Notes: generated by a model not told the origin, from the letters alone. DNA of 63,485 nucleotides, filler included, from Octopus bimaculoides (GCF_001194135.2; 6 parts of 5 records of this genome joined end to end with filler, not necessarily neighbours in it), one strand, 5' to 3'; counted from the first letter of the whole stretch, positions 24,542 to 37,178 are shown. A program made the numbers and translations.

Positions 24542-24654
24542 CATCATAGTATGAGAAAGAGGAATACGTTGGCTTTGCACTTGTGATTGTTGTTATAATA
24601 TCAATCTGTAAAATATGCATTGGTTTAATTTTGAATGTCCATTTACATGTTTTC
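24542..24654 (-). CDS. Internal coding exon (113 nt, phase 2-1), first half of a divergent CUB-like domain
   Basis: Acceptor ttttgtttgtttaacag|G and donor GATG|gtaagg. Frame KTCKWTFKIKPMHILQIDIITTITSAKPTYSSFSYYD(G) shows CUB-like C-x-W-x-F/I and terminal YDG. Confidence 0.8.
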
Positions 24655-25222
24655 CTGTTAAACAAACAAAAAGAAAATACTGAGAATTTTAAGCTATTGT
24701 ATAAGTTACATTACAATTAATCAATCAATGGATGATTCGGGCTGTATTTTTTTTATAATGCGGGGGAGGTAGTAGTGAGTAGTATTGTTGGTAATGTTAT
24801 AGTGGTCATGACTAATGACAACTTTGTTAGTGATGATGGTTAATGATTGTCATTGTTGTTAGCTAATTTAAGTTGGCTTCACTTTTCTTTTTGAATGATT
24901 CATAAAATTTCTCATAATTGTATGTTATCTGATTCATGTAGAGGAAATAAAGTCTAAATTAAATATGATGATGAAAATGGTCAGTGAACAGCAATTGAAC
25001 AAATGGTTCCTATATATCTTTCCCCAAACACCTTTGCTAATGGTGATACTTTCTTATAATTGAGGACTTGTGTAATTATCATAAACACAACAATTATTAA
25101 TGCAGATTTACAATTATATTTCTCTAATCAGCTAAGAATACTAAGATGGAATCTAATAAATAAATTTATAACACATAAGAAGCAGATGCATGGCTATTAT
25201 AGTTTAACTTGAAAACTGCATA

Positions 25223-25897
25223 TAAGAGGTGCATTCAAAAAGTATCTGACTTCATTTTTTCCTGCTAAAACAAATCCCCATGAGCAAAATCCTTTGGGTG
25301 GGAGATTATGCCACCCTTCCTGCACATGCATGAAAACTTTTGGGCTGGTAGGTAGGTGGCGTGAGCTCCAGGCTATCATGCCTAGAATACAGATGTGTAG
25401 TGTGTCCTTGTTGGATTTTTGTTTTTACTGAATGCATCAAGTTTTGCTAAAAGCCTGGTGATACTCAAACTCAAACCATCCAGAAGATTCAGCAGGCTTT
25501 GGCAATGATGCCATGGGCAAAACTCAGATCAAGGAGTGGTACAACTACTGCAAACATAGCTGCTCTTCAGTAGAATGTGAAGCATGCTCAGGCAAGCCAT
25601 TCACAAGCTGAAATGAGGAGCCAACTGAGAAGGTTTGGTGAATAGTCATGGAAGACCATCATGTAACAAACCAGAAAATTACTCATGAAGTGGGAATAAG
25701 CACAGGATCAGTGCATTCCATTTTAACAGAGGATTTGTGCATGCAGAGATTGTTGGTGAAATTCACCCCGCAAGGTGCTGGCAGAGCAGCAGAAGCAACT
25801 TTGCATGAAAATTGCTCAGAACATGCTTGACTGAGCAAACCACAACTCAGACTTCATGAAGGCCATCATCACTGGTGATGAGACATGAGTTTATGGT
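25223..25897 (+). mobile_element. Mariner 5' half (TIR, leader, transposase up to the first catalytic D)
   Basis: TIR-like AGAGGTGCATTCAAAAAGTATCTGAC; CIKFC*KPGD..., HSILTEDL, ITGDET*VYG, then abrupt end. Confidence 0.85.
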
Positions 25898-26045
25898 CCC
25901 TGCTCAATGCGTTTGGTTAACTTGCTTGAAAATGAAAATTTGAAGAGCATCCACTACATGTCTGGGAACTGACGTGTAATAGCTGGGAACCAATGTGGCC
26001 TTCTGACCAGTGGCCCGGGAACAAAATTTGCTTAGCGGGTGCAAA
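25898..26045 (-). mobile_element. Inverted mariner 5' leader and first codons
   Basis: Minus strand ends ACC AAA CGC ATT GAG CAG (TKRIEQ, a mariner N-terminus). The upstream CCCAGCTATTACAC..CAGACATGTAGTG aligns by eye with the leader at 25340-25420. Confidence 0.55.
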
Positions 26046-26200
26046 CTCAGTTTCAAAATTTGGCACTACTGGAGAAGTGAGGAGCCGAGTTCTGGGAGTA
26101 TGCATGTCACAAATTTGCGCATGTGCCCGTGTTAGTCGTAAGTAGTCAAATTTAGCACACAGGTAAAAAACGAGACGCTCGCTACTTGCTGTAAATGGAG
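26046..26200. promoter_or_regulatory. CpG-rich promoter-like patch at the 5' side of the minus-strand gene
   Basis: Seven CpGs between 26086 and 26181 after about 9 kb of CpG-poor DNA; NRF1-like TGCGCATGTGC at about 26116. Confidence 0.4.
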
Positions 26201-26299
26201 GGTGGGTTATCCATCTAATACAAGAAGAAAATTGCAGATTAATTGAATAAAAACATGAAAAATAACAAAATGACATTTCACTGAAAAGTAAACCATTCT

Positions 26300-26399
26300 N
26301 NNNNNNNNNNNNNNNNNNNNNNNNNNNNNNNNNNNNNNNNNNNTTAATTAATTAANNNNNNNNNNNNNNNNNNNNNNNNNNNNNNNNNNNNNNNNNNNN
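26300..26399. other. Artificial scaffold-join spacer
   Basis: N44-TTAATTAATTAA-N44. Confidence 0.95.
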
Positions 26400-26932
26400 A
26401 TTAACTAAAGGCTTGTTTTGTTTATGCTTTTCCCTCCGGTTTTTTGTTCTATGTGTGCCATAAATATCGCCATCCGTTTTAGAGAAAAATTTGTAGTTTA
26501 GAATCAGTAGTTCTTTGACTGCTATTTCTAAATTTTCAGTATGTTGGAGAAGCAACTCAATTGCTAATCCCTTATATTTATGATGATATATATATATATA
26601 TATATATATATTAAATATACATATCTATACACGTGCATACAAATGTTAGTATTCCTGAAGACAGGTAAATCAACCGAACTCACGCATGATGACTTCAAAG
26701 AAACGAAGAAAATTGGTAACACGCCACGACCAGTATCAAAAATAATTATTCTACTCTGAATTTCGTCCCAAAATATTCGAGACTGAGGTAAATACCGTAG
26801 TTCAATACTGTCGTTCTTAAGACTTCGTTACCAATACTGCTAAATCTCGTGATAATTATACTGCATACTACAGGTACGGATGATGAAATGAAGTAGTCCA
26901 GAATGTAGGTTTCCATATCTAGGTCATGATAA

Positions 26933-26963
<31 letters not shown>

Positions 26964-27941
26964 TGTGCACAGGTACCCCCCCCCCACACACACTTGCATA
27001 TGTATATATGCATGCCTGTATCCATGACTTCTGTGTGAGAGACTAACTCAAATTTAGATGTTTTGCACGAGTCCACTTTCTGCTAAAAGATAGTTCTAGC
27101 AAGAACGATAAGTCCTTTATTCTTAAGGTCTTCGTGCTAACCAACCCATATCTGGGAAACAAAAAGGAGTGATTATTTCGGGTCAGAGTAGACATGTGAG
27201 TATAGGGGTTATGCCGTGATTCCACAATCAACAAAACATAGCAACTCCCGAACTATGGTCCGTCTACCGGATGTAGATTAAAAGAAAGCCATATCCACGT
27301 GCATATACATACATATGTACATGCGCACATGTCTTCATATGCATATATATATATATATATATATATANNNNNNNNNNNNNNNNNNNNNNNNNNNNNNNNN
27401 NNNNNNNNNNNNNNNNNNNNNNNNNNNNNNNNNNNNNNNNNNNNNNNNNNNNNNNNNNNNNNNNNNNNNNNNNNNNNNNNNNNNNNNNNNNNNNNNNNNN
27501 NNNNNNNNNNNNNNNNNNNNNNNNNNNNNNNNNNNNNNNNNNNNNNNNNNNNNNNNNNNNNNNNNNNNNNNNNNNNNNNNNNNNNNNNNNNNNNNNNNNN
27601 NNNNNNNNNNNNNNNNNNNNNNNNNNNNNNNNNNNNNNNNNNNNNNNNNNNNNNNNNNNNNNNNNNNNNNNNNNNNNNNNNNNNNNNNNNNNNNNNNNNN
27701 NNNNNNNNNNNNNNNNNNNNNNNNNNNNNNNNNNNNNNNNNNNNNNNNNNNNNNNNNNNNNNNNNNNNNNNNNNNNNNNNNNNNNNNNNNNNNNNNNNNN
27801 NNNNNNNNNNNNNNNNNNNNNNNNNNNNNNNNNNNNNNNNNNNNNNNNNNNNNNNNNNNNNNNNNNNNNNNNNNNNNNNNNNNNNNNNNNNNNNNNNNNN
27901 NNNNNNNNNNNNNNNNNNNNNNNNNNNNNNNNNNNNNNNNN

Positions 27942-28016
<75 letters not shown>

Positions 28017-28589
28017 TACGAACACACAAGAATATACATATATATGTATATACGTTTAGATTAATGTTTCTTAACCCGCCTTTAGTTCTTGAATGTAAAT
28101 TTTGAGTGGCAATAGATCATACTTTTTTATTTATTTGATATATAAATGAAGTTTGTGCTAGCGTGTCAGATTTCTGATATTTTGTTTGTACGCTTGTTTC
28201 TTCACATGTGTACTCAAATGTCGATGTGTATATCATTTTGTATGTATGTATATAAACATAAACGCATAATTACATAAAGATATAATGTATGAATATTTAT
28301 ATACTCATATATCTATATACATACATTCATATATATACGTCTATATATAGGTAAATGTGTGTCCATGTGTGTCAGCGTGTGTACACGTTTATGCGAGTGT
28401 TTTATCTACATATATATATATAAATCCAAAGATGCGTAAATGTGTTTGTGTTTGCACCTGTATATATNNNNNNNNNNNNNNNNNNNNNNNNNNNNNNNNN
28501 NNNNNNNNNNNNNNNNNNNNNNNNNNNNNNNNNNNNNNNNNNNNNNNNNNNNNNNNNNNNNNNNNNNNNNNNNNNNNNNNNNNNNNNNN

Positions 28590-28634
<45 letters not shown>

Positions 28635-28654
28635 GTATATACATACATGTATAG

Positions 28655-28688
<34 letters not shown>

Positions 28689-29689
28689 TTATTCTGTCTA
28701 TGTTTGTATGTGTGTTTGTGTGTGTGTGTGTCAATGTGCATCCGCGTACGTGCATGTGTGTAACAGTTATATATGTATATGTGTTTTGCAATTTCGTTAT
28801 TATTTCCCTTGAGGCATATGCAGTAACTCTAAAGTAAAGAGAAAAAATTGTTTTCATTCTGTAAAAAGACTACAGGCAGGAATTGTTTCTACGATTAATA
28901 AATTGATATTGCCAAGAGCAATATTATACACAAGGTTCATGATCTTCAGAGTCGGCTTTCACTTTAGGTCGTAAGAAAAGATAAATTAATTTAGTCTAAG
29001 AAAGAAAATACAGGAAAAATACTGGCACAAATATATTGTTTATGAAGAAATATTCGTTGTCAAAGCAGATACCAAAAATCATTTTATATTGTAGAACTAT
29101 CATATTTTAGTTGTATGTGAACAAATTGCTGATGCATTTCGCTGATTGTGAACAAAACCGTGACTAACTAAATGCAATTAGAATGCTACTACTGTTCAGT
29201 TGTTCATTCTTTGTTTGCAAACCTATATGCATTGCCACTATTTCTGTAAAATCGTGATGTGGGGAAAATGTTGATGTTTCGGCTTATTGAAACAAATCAC
29301 TATATTCTTCGTTGGTTGTTAGCTATAAGGTAAAAGCAAAAAAGAGCAAGAAATAAAGAAAAACAAATATAAAATGAAATATATAAAAAATTAAAATAAA
29401 ATTATATAACAAAGCATGTAACATACTTATCTCAATAAAGATTCAGAAATAGTAACTACGGCTACTATATCTGAACTCTGCTTTCTAGGTTTTCGTGCAA
29501 ACCAGTACGACTGTAAACTTATGAGTTCATGCAAAAGGCGCGTGTTTTACTTTGTGCATGTTGTTCCCTTTAGTAACAGAGAACCTGCCATTAACTGTGA
29601 GGCGAAGTTGAACCACAGACTATTATGATTCCAATGAGAAAAAAAAAACTCTTTTGTTTTGGTGTTCAACTGTATAACTTCATTCATGG

Positions 29690-29830
29690 ATTTTTGGTTG
29701 AGAATCTCTCTTTGAAAACACGTGGTCTCAGGTTCCATTCCACTATGTTATAGTTTGGGCATATATGTTCTACATCTACTAGCAGTGAAATGCGTTGTGA
29801 GTGAATTTGGTAGATGGGCATTGTGCGGAT
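29690..29830 (+). mobile_element. Degenerate family A SINE 5' fragment
   Basis: CAGGTTCCATTCCACT and TTGTGAGTGAATTTGGTAGATGG motifs. Confidence 0.6.
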
Positions 29831-29853
29831 GTCCGTTCTATATAGACACATAA

Positions 29854-30450
29854 ATAGAGGGGTTGGACAAAATAATGGAAACACCTAGCATCGTAGCATT
29901 ATAATTTTGAAATATCTATAAAGACGTTAAATGTTTGTTTATTTTTATGTTTTTTTTTTTAATTATTAGTGTTGCTTAATATGTTTTGTTAAATTGCTGT
30001 TTCTTTCGAGATATCATCAGGAAAAAGGTAATTAAAATTCCTTAAAATGACAGATCTATCGGACTTTCAAAGAGACCAAATTGTTGGTGCTCATATGGTA
30101 GGCCCTAGTGTAACGAAAACAGCCGAAACGTTTGGTGTATCAAGAAGTACTGTCTCGAAAGTAATGACAGCCTTTGAGAAAGAGGGAAAAACAGCCTCAT
30201 CGAAACACAACTCCTGAAGAAAACCAATCCTTTTAGACAGAGACCGTCGGATTCTTACGCGAATTGTTAGAAAGGATTACAAGAGTACAGCTCCGAAAAT
30301 TACTGCAGAACTTAATGACCACCTTGAGAACACAGTTTCCGCAAAAATTGTTCGTCAGGAGCTGCACAAAGCCGGATTTCACAGTAGGGCTGCAATCAGA
30401 AAACCACTTTCAAAGACAAATGTTGCAAAGTGTTTAGAGTGGAGTAAAAA
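29854..30450 (+). mobile_element. Tc1-like transposon 5' half (TIR plus paired/HTH region), truncated
   Basis: TIR-like GAGGGGTTGGACAAAATAATGGAAACACC; ATG at 30047: MTDLSDFQRDQIVGAHMVGPSVTKTAETFGVSRSTVSKVM..HNS*RKP..RILTRIVRK..KITAELN..AAIRKPL. Confidence 0.9.
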
Positions 30451-31944
30451 TCGTTGGCTGTAGTAGTACTACTACAACTACTGCCAACGATTCAAGTCAA
30501 CGCACTAGACAGCCATTATGTACCCACACAAAAAACGCACCCATGTGGACTATGTAAGAAATGTTCATAGATACCAGAAGAAACAGTTACAGAAACAATA
30601 GAAATTATGATAGTGAACGTACAGTATCACTTTAAAATAAGCCACCCGTGTACTAGCAAACAGATGTGATTTTACATTGCTCACAGTGTGTGGCCATTGT
30701 CACCATTCTAAGACCATGTTCAGTATTTTAGCTGTCCTCAATAGAAAACAGTATAATGCCAATAGAAAACAGTAAAATACACCCGATAAATAGATGATAT
30801 TATTTGTTGCAATGGATTCACTTAAGGATGTTGACAGACTAAAATAAGCCTTAGAAAACAAGTTTCTTCTAAATGTACTTACAGAGTAATACAAATGAAT
30901 CCCCGTGTCTTAGAAAGCATAGAAATAAAAAAAAACACAGTTACGTTATATTTATATACACCAAAGTAGCATGCAAATGCATATGCATTCATGGAGACAG
31001 TGAACACCCAGACAATTATGAGAAAAACATTTATATTTCAGTTCACAAACAAATCACTAAAGAAAGATACACCACACTCTAACTTACATTACCATGCACA
31101 CTTGTAAAATGAATCTATTGCACAACATTACACTGCGTGCATAAGACAAAATAGGAGAACGTTTACATAATTTATATATAATTCCATGCAGACAGAAGGT
31201 AAATTATGGAAAATATACTTCACATCGCAATACAATGCCATGATCAACATGTAAACGCACTCACATCAAAAAATCATCACGTAGTTACTGATATGCAAAA
31301 GGAAAAACGAAATGGTCAAACCCTTAACCGCAACGAACAAATCAACTCGTGACTTCTGATGCAGAACGCTAATAGCCTACAAACCATTGGTGTCAAAATG
31401 TACACCGATTTAGCCAATACCATAAAAAACAGTACAGTCTCTAAATATATTCAATACTTGAAAATAAGGCTATAAAGTTTTGGAAACTATATTAAAAAGC
31501 ATGAGAAAATACATTTTAAATGAAAAAAAAAATAGATAAAACTTGAACATTGTAGTGTATTTAATGAAGCACATACATACACACACACGCACACACACGC
31601 ACACTCAAGCGCAAACAAGCACACACAAACAATATGTGAATGTAACTTGAAAATAAAAAAAATATATATATAAAAGAAGCGTTACATGAAATAGTTATTT
31701 GAATGAAATTAAGAGAGATTTTATAATTATAAATTCTCGGATAATTAATTTGAAAAAACTCCAAAAAGAAAACAAGAACAATCTATTTCATATAATATTT
31801 TTATAATTATCTAAAATAATTAAAAATTAAATAAAATGAAGAAATAATTTGAGCGATAATTTCGAAATACTAATTAAGACAATTTCAGATTTATACTTCC
31901 TTCTTCTGTATAATTTAGTCATTCATTATTTACTGATTATTGAT

Positions 31945-32340
31945 TTGGTGGAGAAGCAGCAGATTAAAATCTGTGAATATCTAGAGGGTGGATATTGGAA
32001 AGTGCGTTGTTCTAGGTTTTTCAGTACTGGTATTGTTGTAGATGAAGTGGATTCGGTCAAGCGGATATTAATGTTGAGCTCGTTCATTTCGAGTTCTGAC
32101 AGTTACTATGATTTAGATCTCGAGGGAAATATAATTTTGCAACGTCTATACATCTGTAATCTTTTGTCATTGTCTGTGTGACCGAAGTAAATTAGAGCTT
32201 TACTGGGAAGTGTCTGACATATAGTTCTATTGCGGATCAGCCCTCATTGAAGTGACGATGATCAAATGTATTCCCTCCGTGATCAGGCTGTGATATATTA
32301 CGTCTTGATAAGATATAATATAGAAATATTGTCTTGAACG
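31945..32340 (-). mobile_element. Penelope-like reverse transcriptase relic
   Basis: Minus-strand RCIDV (decayed RYIDD) followed by EMNELNINIRLTESTSSTTIP, resembling the N.lhp.IkfT...s...ipFLD segment of Penelope RTs. Confidence 0.55.
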
Positions 32341-32649
32341 ACAATATTTTAAAAACTTCATTACCCGGTGTGCACTTCCTCTCGTCTAAAAGTTGTATAG
32401 TGTTGTTTATGAGATATTTACCTCGTATTTATTGTACCCACGAAGAGGCTCACATGTTGGCTTGTGCTCACGTAGATGACTTCTACGCTTGGGTGATTAC
32501 TTATTCTACAGTGATAATTTGTTTTGTCATGACGCATCGTATATGGTCTATTCAATGACCATATCCAACGTGTGATTTGCAGAACAACTTATAAGGTTGT
32601 TTAAATTTTCATCCGATATATATTTACTTAGTTCCTGTTGGCGCGATCT

Positions 32650-33050
32650 TCAGTAGGCTGGACAAAACGTTTGGCGGCATTCCGTCCGTCCTTACCTTTC
32701 TGAGTTCAGACTCTACCGAAATCGACTTTGCCTTTCATTCTCTCGGGGTCAATAAAATAAGTACCAGTTGAACACTGATATACAACCTCAATCCCCACCG
32801 AACTTGCGCCAATCTCTGAAATCAATATTCTAGGGAAATTACGCCGGCGAGCTGGCATGATCGTAAGCACGTTGGACAAAATGCTTGGTAGCATTTCGTC
32901 CTCCTTTATGTTCTCGGTTTATATTTCACCGAGGTCGACTTTGCCTTTCATCTTTTCGGCGTTGATGAAATAAGCATCAGTCTTGCACTTGGGTCGATGT
33001 AATCGACCAGCTCCCTCATGAAAAATTGCATGTCTTTCGCCAATAGTGAA
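32650..33050 (+). mobile_element. Two tandem family B SINEs (older, diverged)
   Basis: Two GACTTTGCCTTTCAT cores at about 32724 and 32937. Confidence 0.85.
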
Positions 33051-34021
33051 AAAGAATATCCTTGGTAAATCAATGAACGCTAGGTCATTATTTACTCATT
33101 TTCATGCTAACACTGGGTCTTACAACTGTTTTGCTTCAGTACGTTCAATTATTTCTTTAAACAGAGTTCGCTTTATTAATCGATTTAGGACAGTTTAAAG
33201 CAACTTGTGTATAACTTGCTTGTCACTGTTCAGTCTTGACCGAAATAATACCAAGTACTACGGCTAGTGCGCAGATATCGAACTTCTGTCGGGAAATGTA
33301 GCTAAAATAAGTTATTCTTTCATCGTGTACTGTATGTATAGGACCGGAAGGATCGCTTTTTTATGCCATGATATTTGCACAAATATTGGTAGCTCTCAAG
33401 GGTTGTAAACAGAGTTGAATGTGTCACATATACCACGGCTTAACGATCCGTTGTCTATCGATTTGTATATTTCTGACATATACACCATGATCTACTGTTA
33501 TAATTTTTCTTAATACGTTGTAACTATTTGTGACAAGATACAAATTAGCATGACTGTAACTTTCTCTACAGGAAATGAATCAGAGTTAGCGTTGCCTTTA
33601 TTTACCGTAGCCTGCCCTTTGGCATATCATACACGATCCAGAATGTTCCAATGTCCTAGGAGGCGGATATCGCGCATAGTATTTTATAACTTAGTGTGAT
33701 TAATTTTACGCAAGTATATTTGGAACTGTTTATTAAGGGCTTTCGCTGGGAGTCATTATGTCATCTGAGCCAGAAGCACTGTAGGTACTTCAGGGCCTCT
33801 ATCATATCTACAAACCGTGGCTGACAGCGCGCGAAACAACTGGCGATGCTGTGACACCAGCTAAGAGTGTAGAACAAATGACCTATGTACTCGTAGGCTA
33901 CGACTAAATAGTTTATCCCTTAAATCAAACTCAGCGTGACATAATATCAACTGATAGGGGAAAGAGTGGAACAAAGTTTTGATTATATGTTTATCTATCA
34001 TTATTAAGCTTGTAGGTAAGG

Positions 34022-34215
34022 GGGCGAGCTGGAAAAATCGTTAGCACTTTGGACGTGATTCTTGCTCGTCGTTATGTTCTGAATTCAATTTCCGCCGAGC
34101 TCGACATTATCTTTCATCCTTTCGGTTTCGATAAATTAAGTACTAGTGAAACACTGGAGTCGACCTCATCAACTAATCACCTTCCCCAAAATTTCAGGTC
34201 TTGCGCCTTTATTAT
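34022..34215 (+). mobile_element. Family B SINE
   Basis: GGGGCGAGCTGG head, CTTTCATCCTTTCGGTTTCGATAAATTAAGTAC core, CCCCAAAATTTCAGG tail. Confidence 0.85.
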
Positions 34216-34289
34216 AATAAATTATAATGGTGTATGTAGAAAAGTATCCATTGTAAATAGAGGTGTAAAATCAGTATAAAGCCTTTGTT

Positions 34290-34612
34290 CTCTGGTCAGA
34301 AGTTGTGTCCGGTGCTGAAACTTATCGTAGGCTTTTAGGACAATACGGGGTCAGTGCACTACAGCGTAGATGTGTGTTTGAGTAGTTTGAGAAGTTTAAA
34401 AGTGCTTGGACATGAGTGATACACGAAGAGGGAAACTCCACCACTGACGAGAAGATTCAGCAAGCTCAAAAGATAATAATGGTCAACCAGCGAGATATCG
34501 CCGATGAAGTAGCTCGCTCTCTGCAGATTAATCCTGGTTCTGCCTCTCAAACTATCTACGATGAGCTCAGCTTCCATAAAGTATGTGCAAGATAATTTTT
34601 TACTTCCCCTCG
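34290..34612 (+). mobile_element. Internally deleted mariner derivative
   Basis: YRRLLGQYG..FEKFKS..DEKIQQAQ..IYDELSFHKVCAR joined directly to the right TIR TTTTTTACTTCCCCTCGTA. Confidence 0.8.
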
Positions 34613-34661
34613 TATATATATATGTGTGTGTGTGTGTGTGGGGGGGGGGGCTGTGTATATA

Positions 34662-34739
<78 letters not shown>

Positions 34740-35464
34740 CAGTTGTATGTGTGTCTATCACACACATAAATACACATAGATACGCACATACGGACATAGG
34801 CTTATGTATATATAAATATAGACATATATATGCAGGTGTGTCTGTCTATGTGTATGCGTGTGTGTACCTATTTATACATAGATGCGTATGCATGTATGTA
34901 CCTCAGGTTTTACTTCATACTGTTTTCTATATATAGACACACATTCTTTCATCTAATCTTTGTTAATGATTCGTGCCTTTGACATGCCATTGAAAATCCA
35001 CTAATCTACACCATTTCATTCGATAATTATAGATCTGTTAGTGGACAATGACCGACCATTCGGAATCTGCGCTAAATTTGCACATCCATCCAATTATATT
35101 GAACGTGAATCTAGACTTGCTCACTGAATAACCATAGAGCAGATATATGAAATAGGAGATAACTCGTTTTATATAACTTATATAATGCTGATTTTGTATA
35201 GAAAATCTAGATCAAAATCATTTCCAAACTCCAAGCGATTTGCTGTTTGTGAGTACAATCATAAATGAACTTTTATGACGATTACCTACAAACCTCATAG
35301 TTAATATCCTATCATAACTGATGTATTCCTTTTTACAGGCAGATAACAGCATATTTCCCACCCACATGTTGTTTTGTCACTACTGATAAAGTACTCATTT
35401 CTTTGTAGCTTTTAACAGCCCCAACAAAATTTCTGAATGCATCAATCTGCCGTATTATTCCAGT

Positions 35465-35600
35465 GAATTGGCAGAGATGAAAATGCATCAAACAAAATAA
35501 TCTATAACATTTATTCCAGCATCTTGCATTCTGAGTTCAAAACCTGCTGAGGACAGTTTTGCCTTTCATCTTGTTCCGTGTTGTACCAGTGTAGAGTAGC
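35465..35600 (+). mobile_element. Highly degenerate family B SINE
   Basis: TTCTGAGTTCAAA..TTTTGCCTTTCATC..GTACCAG. Confidence 0.6.
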
Positions 35601-37178
35601 AGGATGTTGAAACTTTTGATAAATCGAGGTACGTGCCGTCTGTTATTTGTTTCAGCTCTTTATGATCTGCATTCAAATCCATGGTTTTTAAACTTAATAC
35701 ATCACCCTTAGTTTAACGCCACCAACTTGCTTGTAAGTAACATCTTCTATATTGCGTATAATCAGGTGAATCTCACCAACCTCAAAGTCAGGAAAATACC
35801 ATGACCAATGCCTTCCATACGCGTTAAAAAGTGTTACACATCCCATATGGTGTTCCCCCTCCAAAACTGTACATGCTGTCTACATGTACGAAGAAGACCA
35901 TTTTTCTGATACGTAAGCTTTGATTCAGCAACATAATTCAGTCCACTGACCAACGAACCCGGTTTCTTTTTTTGATTCTTCAACGTCCTAGAGAGATTAC
36001 TGAATAAGGTAGAATAAAGAATACATTATCCTACCATATTTTCCTGCCAAAATGTATATACCCACATCGCATTATCAATCCCTCTTCTTCATTACTCATT
36101 CTTCTAGGACTCTAGTCGAGATAATCTCTTTAAACTTCAAATATTAAATGAAATATGAGTTAAATTGAATATCAGATGTATCAAAACTCCATAGGTATCC
36201 CCTTACATACGTTGTATGAGACAATGCACAAGGTGTGATCATTCGAGAACCTACTGAAACTAGCTTATGATATCTCTTCACATTATGAGCTATAATGATC
36301 TGCTATTTCGTAAGTCATTCACCATTTGGTTTTCTCTGATTATCTATTATAGTCATCGTGATGTGTTGCATTTTTCTCTCGAACAATCTCAATACCGCAG
36401 CATGTTTTATACTCCTTTCTCTCGGCAGCTTAATTTATTCTTATTTTGAACGCACTAATTACTGACTGCAATTACCTTGTATCCTGCCATTAACTTCATC
36501 CTCCCTTGAAATCTTTGCTGAACCCTATTGGAGTCAATAATGCAGTTTTGAGTAACATTTCATAAGAGCGATCCATAGAGGGAGCCGCTGTGTGTGTATT
36601 TTTTTCTCCTAAATGTAGCAGCGATTTTTCCCACAACCGACACCCTGCCGTCCCCCACCCCAAAAAAGCAAAGGGATACATAAATTAATGTGGTAGAAGA
36701 TACACTGAGGAAAAAAGTAAGTTAGGAATTTCACGTTTGAATACTTCTGATCATAAGACTAATTGTTCTTAGTTCACTTTGGGCTAACAAAGCGAGAGCA
36801 ACATAACCAGAGTAACAAAGCCAGAGCAACAAAGAAGCATTTGAAAACTAAATGTGATTTAAATTTGATTTTTATAGCTTTTGAACTGTTATGAGGGAAT
36901 GTGGAAGTTAGTAGTAATTATCTTTGTAACTTTGTGTACAAGCTTCATTGCATTTTAATATTTCTATACGTAATATTATCGGTATTTTTCCTTAGAGGAC
37001 GGGAAAATTTCCCAGAAGACGGCTACGGAGAATCGATCTCTGCATCACCTAAATACTGGTTGAATGCCTCTGACCCACCAATTACCGTCAATTTTAATAC
37101 TAATTAATACATTTTTGGAATATGGGAAAATTAAAAATTTTGTGAACAACTTTTATGAACTCTGAGTGTGTTGCTATG

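Noticed and set aside
24990-25125. Hydrophobic frame KSALIIVVFMIITQVLN as the signal-peptide exon
   Set aside because: Stop just upstream, no Met before the hydrophobic core, and no phase-2 donor.
25917-26276. 119-aa minus-strand ORF as the missing upstream exon (contains WITHPP and CAKFDYLRL, vaguely CUB-like)
   Set aside because: No phase-2 GT donor to join the 24654 acceptor, and its 3' half overlaps the inverted mariner leader; not excluded without RNA data.
29490-29635. Plus-strand 46-codon frame after an acceptor-like ctttctag|
   Set aside because: No partner exons or donor, and no recognisable motif.
35750-36600. Possible very old LINE relic on the minus strand
   Set aside because: No unambiguous RT motif can be read; left unannotated.
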